Assembly (NCBI GenBank): GCA_963934155.1
Contig: CAWVXI010000001.1
Span: 52,174 to 116,173, forward strand
Source of the DNA: an uncultured Verrucomicrobiales bacterium
GTDB lineage: Bacteria > Verrucomicrobiota > Verrucomicrobiia > Verrucomicrobiales > Akkermansiaceae
Length of the DNA stretch: 64,000 bases
Reading direction: 5' to 3'
Within the stretch, counting starts at the first letter, position 1, and every line of letters begins with the position of its first letter. The notes beneath the pieces are model-generated. The model did not search any database. It worked only from the letters and a program-made list of their open reading frames with translations, and was not told the DNA's origin. Of this stretch, positions 10,634 through 19,857 are shown piece after piece. The position numbers and the translations under genes were made by a program.

Positions 10634-11316
10634 TGGGTGTATCTCCTTTTCCCGAGACTACTAAAATTCTAGCTCCACAGATCGTGGAGGCTAGAGTGGA
10701 TCATCAAGCATTTGAGACCTTGCTGAGACCTTGTGAGGTTTCTCGCTGCAAGGCGACTTGTTGTTACGATGGGGTTCATGTTTCTGATGAAGAGGCTGCG
10801 TATATTCAGAGCGTTGTTAGAGGTAGTTTTTCTGGTCTGTTAGATTCTGAGTCAGTGATTGTTCCCACTGATAAGGGGCAAAAGACGGCGACACGTGAGG
10901 CGATGGACAGTGAACTGGCGGATGATTTTCCAGCGCATTTTGCGAAGACTCGATGTGTCTTTTTAGATCATGAGGGATACTGTGGCTTGCAGAAACTAGC
11001 GATCATTGAGGGAGTGGATCCATGGCAGCATAAGCCACTGACTTGCTGGATGCATCCACTGGTTCTGGTGCCGGCTGGGAAATGGGAGGATCGACCTGTT
11101 TTAACGATTGTGAATGCACAGAATGATCCTCAGAAATCAGGCAGCTACGCGGGTTATGCATCGTGCACTCATTGTGGAGGGGCAGATGCTGGTGGGCAGC
11201 CTGCTTGGCAGGTGTTAGAGGTGGAGTTAAAGCGCTTAGGAGAACTCTGTGGAAGAGACATTTATGGTGAACTCAGTGCCGAGGAGGTGGAATGGGTGAT
11301 AGACGAAAATGCGTGA
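10630..11316 (+). CDS. Cys-rich hypothetical protein (possibly DUF3109-like)
   Basis: The 228-aa ORF overlaps the recF stop by 4 nt (ATGA). It has CKATCCYDG and CTHCGG cysteine clusters. The family assignment is from memory only. Confidence 0.55.
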   Translation: MMGVSPFPETTKILAPQIVEARVDHQAFETLLRPCEVSRCKATCCYDGVHVSDEEAAYIQSVVRGSFSGLLDSESVIVPTDKGQKTATREAMDSELADDFPAHFAKTRCVFLDHEGYCGLQKLAIIEGVDPWQHKPLTCWMHPLVLVPAGKWEDRPVLTIVNAQNDPQKSGSYAGYASCTHCGGADAGGQPAWQVLEVELKRLGELCGRDIYGELSAEEVEWVIDENA

Positions 11317-11433
11317 ATGAGCCCCTAAATTTAGCTATCTTTTTTCCTAAAAAAGATTATTTTACGAGTAATAACATCTAGGGTTTAGATGTCAGTTATG
11401 AAAAAAAGTGAATAGAACTCTATAACAACCTAA

Positions 11434-11901
11434 ATGAAATTAGCCTCTTCGAGCCTACTAAATAACTATGTTGAACTTCGTCCAAGCCCGCTCCATGGAT
11501 TTGGACTCTTTGCTAAAAAGGATATACCCAAAGACACCATCTGGTGGAAATCCAAACGATCCAATGTACTACTACTAAATCATTCTCATTACAGGACCCT
11601 CCAGGAGTCTCATGTGAATGACACTATGGATAATTTGCTAAATATTGCTAGTTTCTATGGTTATTACTCGGCGAAACTAGATAGTATAGTCATCTGTTTA
11701 GACAACGCGAGATATGTGAATCACTCGCATGTGCCAAACTCGGGAGCTCCTAGTAATGGTGATCCCTTGTCTTCGGTCAGCCTCAGAGACATCTATGCAG
11801 GTGAAGAAATTACTGAAGACTATGCGAACTACGATGCGTGTCCTTGGTCGAAAATCACCTGTTCAGATTCCTTCATCACCTACAGGGACTCTGTGGCCTA
11901 G
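11434..11901 (+). CDS. SET-domain protein (putative lysine methyltransferase)
   Basis: GFGLFAKKDIPKDT is an N-SET GxG motif. ARYVNHSHVPN is a variant of NHSCxPN. GEEITEDY matches the GEELxxDY motif. Confidence 0.7.
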   Translation: MKLASSSLLNNYVELRPSPLHGFGLFAKKDIPKDTIWWKSKRSNVLLLNHSHYRTLQESHVNDTMDNLLNIASFYGYYSAKLDSIVICLDNARYVNHSHVPNSGAPSNGDPLSSVSLRDIYAGEEITEDYANYDACPWSKITCSDSFITYRDSVA

Positions 11902-12232
11902 AATCAAATGAATTAGTCGAAACAGTATCTGATAGATATGCATGGTGACATCATCCGTTACCATGCATTTTTATTTTCATCATGGGATGGATTTTATTTC
12001 CTAAATGGAACCTTGCGTAAAGGGGGTATCGTTCATATGGATTAATACCACTCCGCAATGAAAAAGAGACGAATAAAGGTTTCTGAGATTGAAGAAAATG
12101 TGCTTCGCGGGTAGTAAAAGTTCCGGTTGATTTCCCCAAATAACTGAGGATTAAAGCAGATAGAAAGGGAAAGCCCCGTCTCCCCCTTCAGATGTGAAAC
12201 ACAAGCCAAAATACTTCATGAAAACCATTTGA

Positions 12233-12457
12233 AAACCATTTGGCTTATTTGTTTTGCGGAGCGGTATTACACCGATGATTTTAGAGAATAATGTGCAAGC
12301 ATTATTTCTGGTGCCAATGTTGATCAGCTTGGGTGTGGGAACTCTGGCTTCAGCCGTAGTTATACTCTTCATTATTCCCGCAGCTTGCACTCTAACAGAA
12401 ACTGTTGAAGCCTTCGGTGCCGATGCGACGGTGGATCCTGATGAACGGGAGAAATAA
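12233..12457 (+). pseudogene. Relic of the C-terminal end of an RND (AcrB-type) efflux permease
   Basis: GITPMILENNVQALFLVPMLISLGVGTLASAVVILFIIPA matches the last TM helices of RND pumps (consensus-like ...SVQAQFLIPMAISL...). Only about 70 codons are left of a protein that is normally about 1000 aa. Upstream frames (about 12040-12230) hold stop-riddled scraps. Confidence 0.55.
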
Positions 12458-12471
12458 TTTTTTAGTGGAAT

Positions 12472-13239
12472 TTAGGGGAGTTTCCAAGTGGCTCTATATT
12501 TCTTAGAGTCATCGGCAGTGAGCAGAACGTATACGGGGTTCTTACTAGGATCGATTTTTGAAATCATCGTCTTTAACTGAGTTTCTGGCATGGTAGTGCA
12601 ACCAGCGGTGGGCTTACTGCCGCCACCTCTCCAAATGTGGAAGAATATAGAGCTTCCTGCATCAGGGGTAGCGCGTTGTTTTGAGGTCCCTTCGTTGTGT
12701 GCGATGAAGAGTTTGAGTGAGTGGGCGTTGTCACCTTGGCGCATCTGAGCCTTTTTTTCCCACTTCGTTTTTGGCTGATGAGGAAGGAGGATATGCCGGT
12801 TATAATATGGTGATTGAGGGTCTTCCACCCAGAGGTCTTTGGTAGTTATTTGTTTGTAGGGAAGGGTGGCGAGTTTTTTTACCATGGGAGCATATCCGAA
12901 TACAAAGCCTGATTCGGAGCCAATTCTAAACATGCCTGCTGGTGAGCGACCATCGCCTTCTTTTTTTCTAACACCTTCCATATTTCTGGGGTGGAGACCT
13001 ATTCCCCAAGCAAGTCCATTTCTCCCAAGCCGACCTTTCCAAGCTGCGCCAATCTTTAGCCAGCCAGCCCCATTTTTCTCGAACATGGAGAGGGTAACGT
13101 GAGATGAGTTCTTACTGGGCGCGATTCCGAAAATGAGCTGCAGAGTATCCGCTGGCAGCTGAGCAGAGCTGACAGGAATGGTGATCAAATAAATGAATAT
13201 GAAGAATACACGTTTGAGTTTTAGAGGGAAGTGGTTCAT
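12472..13239 (-). CDS. L,D-transpeptidase (YkuD-fold) family protein, secreted
   Basis: It has a signal peptide. The catalytic-type motif is IFFHIWRGGGSKPTAGCTTM (His ... GC). Confidence 0.7.
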   Translation of the reverse strand: MNHFPLKLKRVFFIFIYLITIPVSSAQLPADTLQLIFGIAPSKNSSHVTLSMFEKNGAGWLKIGAAWKGRLGRNGLAWGIGLHPRNMEGVRKKEGDGRSPAGMFRIGSESGFVFGYAPMVKKLATLPYKQITTKDLWVEDPQSPYYNRHILLPHQPKTKWEKKAQMRQGDNAHSLKLFIAHNEGTSKQRATPDAGSSIFFHIWRGGGSKPTAGCTTMPETQLKTMISKIDPSKNPVYVLLTADDSKKYRATWKLP

Positions 13240-13399
13240 TTATTTGCTTGTTGGATTTTGTAGTAAAATAATTTTTATTGTTACTTTTATAGCATAGTAT
13301 GATTCTAGAGTAAATAAGTGTTCTGTACTGAATGCTGTAATTTTAGCATTTTTAAAGTTGCGTGATTTCTTTGCTTGGTATAAGTTTCAATTGACACAC

Positions 13400-13720
13400 A
13401 TGAAAACTATAGTCTTATTCCCCATTGTTCTAGCCGTCGTATTGATCATGAGTTCTTGTGGTTCCTCTCCAGAAGAAGAGCCCGTGATCAAACTTCCTAT
13501 TCCAGCTCTGCCCACAGAATTGACGCAGCCAGTGAGTTCTAACCAGACAGCAATCCCTGTAAACTCGGCTATTCCTTTGGCAAATCGTGTTGCTGGAAGA
13601 CCCGGATTTGTGTTTAATCCTTACAACCAGAATATGGTAGAGGTAAATGGGATGCCCTCAGGAACAAAAGTCCGTGACCCACAAGACCCTGATCCTAGCC
13701 ATATTTTTGTGGTTCCTTAG
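13400..13720 (+). CDS. Small lipoprotein, member of a PGFV..PY...IFxVP C-terminal motif family
   Basis: The lipobox is IMSSCGSS. The C-terminus is RPGFVFNPYNQNMVEVNGMPSGTKVRDP...IFVVP. It is a paralogue of the ORF at 14246-14533. The start is at the ATG at 13400. Confidence 0.6.
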   Translation: MKTIVLFPIVLAVVLIMSSCGSSPEEEPVIKLPIPALPTELTQPVSSNQTAIPVNSAIPLANRVAGRPGFVFNPYNQNMVEVNGMPSGTKVRDPQDPDPSHIFVVP

Positions 13721-13793
13721 GTGAGGTTTTATCTTTCTATATAGCGTGTTTTTTTTCATAAAAACGTTTACCAAGTGTTGTCTGCAACGTTAG

Positions 13794-14164
13794 GTGTCTA
13801 ATCGGATAGCAGATGATGGCATCGAGGGCGTGTGCTATCCGCTCGTCGCAGACATCAATAAAACAGACTCTGAAGAATATGATGTTCTAGCAGGTCATAC
13901 TGATGTGAACGGAAATGGTGATTATGTTGTGGAGAGCGAGATGGTTGCTTACCGTGGGCTTTTCCTCATTGATCTGGATGGCAAAGTCCGTCATCAGGTG
14001 GTGAATGATATGCCACTAGGTCGCTCTATCCGTGAGTGTCTTCGTATTATCGATGCACTCCAGCATTTTGAAGCACACGGAGAAGGATGCCCTATGGATT
14101 GGGAAAAGGTGTAGCAACGATGACAGCAGACCATGCTGGAGTGAATGCTTACCTTTCTAAGTAA
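13794..14164 (+). pseudogene. 2-Cys peroxiredoxin (AhpC/Prx) relic: N-terminal half missing and 3' end frameshifted
   Basis: YPLVADINKT..YDVL, AYRGLFLIDLDGKVRHQVVNDMPLGRSIRECLRIIDALQHFEAHGEGCP is the C-terminal half of a typical Prx. No room remains upstream for the peroxidatic-Cys half. After WEK the frame breaks, and the conserved tail GVATMTADHAGVNAYLSK continues in the -1 frame to the TAA at 14162-14164. Confidence 0.75.
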
Positions 14165-14185
14165 TTATTTTCTAACAGAATCAAA

Positions 14186-14224
14186 AAGAAAGCCTACTTG
14201 GATCACTTCAGGTAGGCTTTTTTG
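14186..14224. terminator. Bidirectional rho-independent terminator between convergent genes
   Basis: The stem is AAAGCCTAC (14188-14196) paired with GTAGGCTTT (14211-14219). It is preceded by an A-run and followed by a T-run. Confidence 0.65.
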
Positions 14225-14245
14225 ATTTTGAAAAATGATGACTAC

Positions 14246-14533
14246 CTATGGAAGTTTAAAGATCTTCATCGTGGTATTGTTTGGCTTGCCTGTCTCTGGA
14301 TCGATTTCGATCGTTGATGGATCTCCAGCGATCTGACCGCTCTTAAATCCCTTCGCTACGATTGGGTTGTATGGCCGGAATGGGCTCACAAAATGATCCT
14401 TAATAACAATCCCCGTCGTGGGGTCAACCATTGGCTTAGCCACAGGATAATTATTACCTCCGGTATTAGAGCATGAGGAAAAAATAACTGTGGTACTCGC
14501 AGCTAATAATGAAAGTAATAATTTATGGTTCAT
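14246..14533 (-). CDS. Small lipoprotein, paralogue of 13400-13720
   Basis: The lipobox is IFSSCSN. It has HFVSPFRPYNPIV..GFKSGQIAGDP and a terminal KIFKLP. The start is moved to the internal ATG at 14533 (MNHKLLL). Confidence 0.6.
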   Translation of the reverse strand: MNHKLLLSLLAASTTVIFSSCSNTGGNNYPVAKPMVDPTTGIVIKDHFVSPFRPYNPIVAKGFKSGQIAGDPSTIEIDPETGKPNNTTMKIFKLP

Positions 14534-14648
14534 AGTGACTAACCTAAATTGAGTGGTGGGTATTTCAAGAGGAATTTTTGGAGGATTTCTGTGATAGGAA
14601 AGAAGCAATGGTCTAAGTTAGTCTATAAAATTAGTTTTACCGAGGAGC

Positions 14649-15485
14649 TTAGAGCCCGATAAGAGAAGTGATGAGCAGCCATATTTTTTTTGGTTTAGAC
14701 AGAGTGTAACGGTGGTTGAACACCTTGAAGTTGTCTGCCTGCATTTTCTTGAGAATACGGTAGTAGATCTTGCGCATGGCTTCTGAGGAACGCAGGGCCT
14801 TGGCATCTTGCTGGTGGAAGCTTTTCTCTGCTTCTATATAATAATATTCAGCGCGTTCTGAGATATACTGCATCATGGCGATAAATCTGCCGTCGTGAAC
14901 TCTACCCACGAGGTCGCGTTCGGAGTATTGGAAGCGGATCATGTCGTTCTCAGGGATATAGATGCGGAGGTTGTCTGAGAGATCCTCTCCGACATCGCGG
15001 AGGATATTAGTTAGCTGGAGGGCATGTCCTAGATTGATAGCGTATTTCTCTGAATCTGGATGCTGACAGCCGAAGATTTTAATAGAAATGAGTCCCACAC
15101 AGGAGGCGACTTGGTAGGTGTAATTCTTTAACTCTTTCCATTCAGCAAAGCGCCTAGAGGGCTGTAGGTCTGAGCGGCAGCCGGCGATGAGGTCAAGAAA
15201 TAGTTGGTTATCGATTTTGTAGCGATCTCTGATTTCTAGGATACTTTGTTGAGTCTGGGAGAGTGATTTCTTGTTGATTGAGTGATCGTTGAAACATGCT
15301 TCCCAGCTATTTAGCCCAGTGATTTTTTCATCCATGGGGATGTCTGGTGAGTCTGCTAAATCATCTACTATACGGCAGAATGCGTAGAGACTGACCATAT
15401 CAAGTCGCCGTTGTTTAGGCAGACAGGCAAATGCAAATGCCAGATTCGACTTGGCATTTTTGGTGATTTGCTTGGCTTCTGACAT
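14649..15485 (-). CDS. Squalene/phytoene synthase family protein (HpnD/CrtB-like)
   Basis: YAFCRIVDDLAD and NILRDVGEDL are the two Asp-rich motifs of the family. The start is taken at MSEAKQI (15485) to avoid overlapping lepB. Confidence 0.75.
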   Translation of the reverse strand: MSEAKQITKNAKSNLAFAFACLPKQRRLDMVSLYAFCRIVDDLADSPDIPMDEKITGLNSWEACFNDHSINKKSLSQTQQSILEIRDRYKIDNQLFLDLIAGCRSDLQPSRRFAEWKELKNYTYQVASCVGLISIKIFGCQHPDSEKYAINLGHALQLTNILRDVGEDLSDNLRIYIPENDMIRFQYSERDLVGRVHDGRFIAMMQYISERAEYYYIEAEKSFHQQDAKALRSSEAMRKIYYRILKKMQADNFKVFNHRYTLSKPKKIWLLITSLIGL

Positions 15486-15495
15486 AGGCGATTCG

Positions 15496-16764
15496 TTACT
15501 TGATTTTGCCCCAGTGACTACTACCAAATGGCCAGAGTGATAGGAACGCGGGACCGACGACGTTGTATTCTTTCACTGAATCCCATACACGCGAGTCCGA
15601 AGACTTATAAGAATTATCACCCATTGCCCAGTATTCTGAGAGCCCAGTTGATGGTTTATAGTCGAGCTGCTTTTCGATGATCCCCATTAGCTTGTAGCCA
15701 TTGTATCCATCTTTGAGTGATTGTACGCGCAAGATGCCTCGATCATCGGCGTTTTGTCCGTCACGGATCAGGATTCCACCATCCGGGTAGTCTGGATTAT
15801 CATGCTCCACTGGCTGGATAATGATATTCTGACCGGGGGTGGCGATGAGTCGCTTGATGTAGTGCGAGGGTGGAGTCTTGTTAACTCTGTTTGATTCTTC
15901 GATGTATTCGATGCCTCGGGTATCGAATACGAAGACTTCGTCCTGCTTAGGGCTTCTGAAGTGGTAGGAGACTTTATCCACGAGGATGAGATCTCCCGAC
16001 TCGGTGTAGCCTGCTAGCAGTTTGGCTCCAGCTTCGATGTCGTATTTGTTAAAAATAGGTAGACCGAAATCTCGAGAGCCTCTGAAGTAGGCGTCTGCAC
16101 GGTCATCGATGGACTTACGCTTGAGTATTGCCCATGAGGCGGGGTCTTGTTTCTTGATAAGACCATCATAAAGCTTGGTGAGTCCTGCTTGCTCTAGTGA
16201 AGTTGCAGAGCCGGAGAAGGTTTCTATCTGACCACTAGAGAACTGGACCCTGACGCGTGGGAAGAAGTGTAGGGATTGATAGTCCGTGATGGCGACGATT
16301 TTGGAGTTACTATTCGCGGTGAGTGAGAAGTAGTTTCTCCCATGCGTGGCCTGCTGCACTATTCTTATAGGAAATGATGGCCATTCTTTTTCTGCCTTTA
16401 TTCCGCCGGTGATACCATTGAGTGCTGGATACATCGAGTTAGTAGGGATACGGAATGGCTGGAGGAAATAGGCCCTGATACCGAGCGCCACGACGATAGC
16501 GACGAAGAAGACTTCGATGTTTTCTTGGAAGGCATTTGGGCTACGGTATTTCGGAAGTGCTTGCTCGCAGGTTTTCTCTAGGAGTCTGCCTGCTTCAAGG
16601 GCTTTTTCTTTGTCGCTAGCTTTGATGGCAAACTTGAGATCGGTACGGCGTGATTCTATCTCAGTGACACGATCTGGTTCTAGTAGATCTCGTTTATAAT
16701 TGAGAAATTTCATTGAGCCCTTGTGGAGAAGAAGGGCTTGTTTTTTCCATTTTGGTTTAAACAT
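15496..16764 (-). CDS. lepB: Signal peptidase I, unusually long form
   Basis: The protein has RIPTNSMYPAL (catalytic Ser box) and GDNSYKSSDSR (box E). The start is at the ATG at 16764 (MFKPKWKK). The ORF-track extension upstream looks non-coding. Confidence 0.75.
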   Translation of the reverse strand: MFKPKWKKQALLLHKGSMKFLNYKRDLLEPDRVTEIESRRTDLKFAIKASDKEKALEAGRLLEKTCEQALPKYRSPNAFQENIEVFFVAIVVALGIRAYFLQPFRIPTNSMYPALNGITGGIKAEKEWPSFPIRIVQQATHGRNYFSLTANSNSKIVAITDYQSLHFFPRVRVQFSSGQIETFSGSATSLEQAGLTKLYDGLIKKQDPASWAILKRKSIDDRADAYFRGSRDFGLPIFNKYDIEAGAKLLAGYTESGDLILVDKVSYHFRSPKQDEVFVFDTRGIEYIEESNRVNKTPPSHYIKRLIATPGQNIIIQPVEHDNPDYPDGGILIRDGQNADDRGILRVQSLKDGYNGYKLMGIIEKQLDYKPSTGLSEYWAMGDNSYKSSDSRVWDSVKEYNVVGPAFLSLWPFGSSHWGKIK

Positions 16765-17010
16765 TATTTTTGAATCATGTGGTTTGCTTCGGCAGGAGAG
16801 TGGTGCTGATGTGGGGAGATTGCCAGAATATTTTGAGCTAATTTCAGCATTGAATGGGTAAGATACAATCGAGTAGGTAATTGTTTTGTGAAAAGAGGGC
16901 TTTACGTAACGAGAAATTATGGCATATCTGTGTTGACTCCTAGCCAAATTAGACACTGTTTTTCTGATCTGGCTTAGGCATAAAACAAAATAAAAAATTT
17001 AGATAATATT

Positions 17011-17427
17011 ATGGATATACAAATAGCAACTCTCTGTGACTTCGCCGCAGACTATAATGGCAAGATGGTAATTACTGGAACATTTGACACGCTTGCTGGT
17101 AAGGTCATGCCTCTCGTGCATCCCAGTTGCGTATTGGCGATGCGGCTGTGCATCACTCCTGAAGACAGTGGTAGCCATTCATTCTCAGTGAACATTATCG
17201 ATGCGGATGGAAAACCTCTTGATGGCAAGATGCCGATCGAGGCTGACATGCCTATCGAGCTTCCTGAAAATGTGCCATTCATGACACGTAACCTTATTCT
17301 TAATCTACAAGGACTCAAATTCCCAGAAGACGGAGTATATTCTATCGATATCAGTGTGGATGAAGAACTCGTATCACGTATCCCTCTCCGTATTGTGGAA
17401 ATGGATGAAGAAAGCCAGCCAGCTTAA
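17011..17427 (+). CDS. Hypothetical protein
   Basis: The 138-aa ORF has good coding appearance. I recognise no motif with confidence. Confidence 0.5.
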   Translation: MDIQIATLCDFAADYNGKMVITGTFDTLAGKVMPLVHPSCVLAMRLCITPEDSGSHSFSVNIIDADGKPLDGKMPIEADMPIELPENVPFMTRNLILNLQGLKFPEDGVYSIDISVDEELVSRIPLRIVEMDEESQPA

Positions 17428-17475
17428 TTCACCATAAAGTGGTTGAATTATTTTGAAACTAACTATTCATAAGTA

Positions 17476-18291
17476 ATGATGAGCGAACGAGGAGAGTTAT
17501 CTTATAATTCCGTCCTGATCACTGGTGCCTCAGGAGGTATTGGAGAAGAGTTTGCTCGTCAACTTGTGTCCCGTTGTCAGCAGATGATCTTGGTGGCTAG
17601 ACGGGAAGACCGGTTGCGTGAGCTGGCTGCAGATTTGAAACAGCAAAACCCTAGTCTGGATGTATTGTATTTTGCAGTGGATCTTATTTCTTCCAGTGAT
17701 AGGGAGAAATTTTTCTCTATGCTAGATAGTAATGGAGCTAGACCAGATCTACTGATTAACAATGCAGGGATGGGTGACTATCAACGATTTGCTGATTCCG
17801 AATGGGAGAAAATAAATAGTATGATGCAGTTGAATATGACTGCACTGACCCATCTAACACACAGACTCATCCCGCAAATGCGTGAGCGTGGCCCAGGTGG
17901 TGGAGCGATTATAAATGTGAGCTCTTTGGCGAGTATCTTGCCGATGCCAGAGTTTGCTGTCTATGCAGCCACGAAGGCTTATGTGACCAGCTTTTCTGAG
18001 GCACTAAGGTTGGAACTAAAAGGCGATGATATCCCAGTGATGGCACTTTGTCCGGGACCAGTACACACCGAGTTTGGCTCAGTGGCCATGCCTGCGGATG
18101 CGAAGGAACTACCGGGAAGAGAGATGTTTTATGTAGATAAGTCCGTGGTAGTGAGACAGGCACTCATTGGATTGGCCCGGAATAAGGCACGTGTTTATCC
18201 TGGATGGAAGGTGGCACTCGCCGCGGCTGCGATTTCACTTTTGCCACTGGCTGTATTACGGCTGGCTATGGCTAAGCGCTTAAATGATTAG
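17476..18291 (+). CDS. SDR-family oxidoreductase
   Basis: TGASGGIGEEFA is the Rossmann motif. NNAG and the YAATKAY catalytic motif are also present. Confidence 0.85.
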   Translation: MMSERGELSYNSVLITGASGGIGEEFARQLVSRCQQMILVARREDRLRELAADLKQQNPSLDVLYFAVDLISSSDREKFFSMLDSNGARPDLLINNAGMGDYQRFADSEWEKINSMMQLNMTALTHLTHRLIPQMRERGPGGGAIINVSSLASILPMPEFAVYAATKAYVTSFSEALRLELKGDDIPVMALCPGPVHTEFGSVAMPADAKELPGREMFYVDKSVVVRQALIGLARNKARVYPGWKVALAAAAISLLPLAVLRLAMAKRLND

Positions 18292-18298
18292 TTGAGCA

Positions 18299-18670
18299 AT
18301 GGCAGACTTTAGTCACATAGATGGCGTGAGAGTGGTGGTGGATGATGTGGTTTACATGCCTTCATTGCCTTGTCCACCAGATAAACCGTATCCATTTATC
18401 TACTTTATTTCTATTTATAATGAATCAGATAAAAAAATACAGATTCTTGGCCGCAAATGGCTAGTAATTGAGGGGGGTGGCGAATGTGTCGTTGTAGAGG
18501 GTAGTGGAGTGATCGGTGAGAATCCTACACTAAATCCAGGGGAGATTTTTAGCTATAACAGTTACCACGTGGTGGCCAGTTCAGGAGAGGCCGCTGGTGC
18601 TCTTTATGGTGTGGCAGATGGAGAGAGATTCATGGTAGTGATCCCTGAGTTTACGCTGAACTGTCCTTAG
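18299..18670 (+). CDS. apaG: ApaG (DUF525) protein
   Basis: The size is right (123 aa). YFISIYNESDKKIQILGRKWLVIEGGG...GENPTLNPGEIFSYNSY is typical of ApaG. Confidence 0.75.
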   Translation: MADFSHIDGVRVVVDDVVYMPSLPCPPDKPYPFIYFISIYNESDKKIQILGRKWLVIEGGGECVVVEGSGVIGENPTLNPGEIFSYNSYHVVASSGEAAGALYGVADGERFMVVIPEFTLNCP

Positions 18671-18726
18671 TTAATTCTGTTGTTTGCGAGCGTCAAGATA
18701 GGTCAGTTCTCTAATGTTTTATTAAA

Positions 18727-19833
18727 TTAGAAGAGATCGAGGTTATTAGTATTTTCTTTGTCGTTGTTAGTGCGATCAATGACTACGTTTGCCTTTGCCA
18801 TCTCTGGATTGATGTGGGCGAGGGGCTTGATGAGGTTCGCGGGGAGTGGAAACTGCTTTTCCTGAATACCTGGAGCAAGTTCTGGAGCAGTTTGGTAAGC
18901 TTGTTTCATCATTTCAAACTTGGCGTCGATATTATCGATATGATGTAAGATCTGCGCCTCTGGGGTCCGCGGCAGAGTGGGGGAGCCAAACTCGTAGGTG
19001 CCGTGATGTGAAGCGACTAAATGGAGTAGATGAATCCGCACCTCGTCATTAGTAGGGGTAAGTTTCCCCCAAGTGTCTGTTGTTTCTACGCAGCTGGAAA
19101 TCATCTGGTCCCAGAGCTTATCCACGAGGCTGATCCCGAGCGGTATGTGGCCTAGCATTTCTCCCTGCATGTCATATGGCTGGGTGAACCCACGCTCAGG
19201 GTATGAGTTCTCCCAAAGCTTTCCCGAGTCATGGAAAAGCACACCAGCGATGAGCAAGTCTAGGTTCAGTTCCGGGTAAACGCTACTGAGAGCAACTGCG
19301 GAGCGCATCATCTGAGCAACGTGCTCAAGCATGCCGCCGCGGCGGGCATGGTGGTTCTTGCGTGCGGCTGCGGTTCGCCGAAATTTTTCACCGTGCTGAT
19401 CTAGAAACATTGCGCAGAGCTGATTCAGCCTAGGGTCGCTGATGCTAGTGGTAAGTTTTACGATGTCGTTCCAGTCGCGAGTCTGGATCTTGCTGGTCTC
19501 TGGGTCTCCAATAAGAAAATTCTGAATTTCGCCCTCATTAAGCAGGCGGAATTGCCAGCGGGAAGCATCGATGCCGTATTGGTTTTGAATCCAGTCGCCT
19601 TCGAGACGAATAAATGCGTCTAGCTCGATGCTCTGGATAGTAGCAAACTGTGGGAGATTCTCCCAGATCTTGAGCGAGAATTGATCAATAGCATCTGTTA
19701 GAGTAATCTGGAGGTATGGTTTGCCTGACTTTGTCGTCTTAGTGACGCGCTTCTGAAGCTGGGTATCTACGGTGGCAGTTGTGGGGTTTTCGCCCGTGTT
19801 CTGCTTGAGTTCGGAAATGGTGTAGTGAGACAT
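18727..19833 (-). CDS. OB-fold plus HD-domain phosphohydrolase (YhaM-like 3'-5' exoribonuclease family)
   Basis: An N-terminal OB-like region is followed by HHARRGGMLEHV and LFHDSGK HD motifs. Confidence 0.65.
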   Translation of the reverse strand: MSHYTISELKQNTGENPTTATVDTQLQKRVTKTTKSGKPYLQITLTDAIDQFSLKIWENLPQFATIQSIELDAFIRLEGDWIQNQYGIDASRWQFRLLNEGEIQNFLIGDPETSKIQTRDWNDIVKLTTSISDPRLNQLCAMFLDQHGEKFRRTAAARKNHHARRGGMLEHVAQMMRSAVALSSVYPELNLDLLIAGVLFHDSGKLWENSYPERGFTQPYDMQGEMLGHIPLGISLVDKLWDQMISSCVETTDTWGKLTPTNDEVRIHLLHLVASHHGTYEFGSPTLPRTPEAQILHHIDNIDAKFEMMKQAYQTAPELAPGIQEKQFPLPANLIKPLAHINPEMAKANVVIDRTNNDKENTNNLDLF

Positions 19834-19857
19834 AGCGAGAGTTTTTAAGCCAACGAT

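Noticed and set aside
11337-11357. An AT-only palindrome, ATCTTTTTT-cct-AAAAAAGAT, lies after the Cys-rich gene. The preceding agctatctt matches the right end of the type-1 repeats.
   Set aside because: A pure A/T stem is a weak terminator at best. A 9-mer match is expected by chance at about this frequency in 2 x 64 kb.
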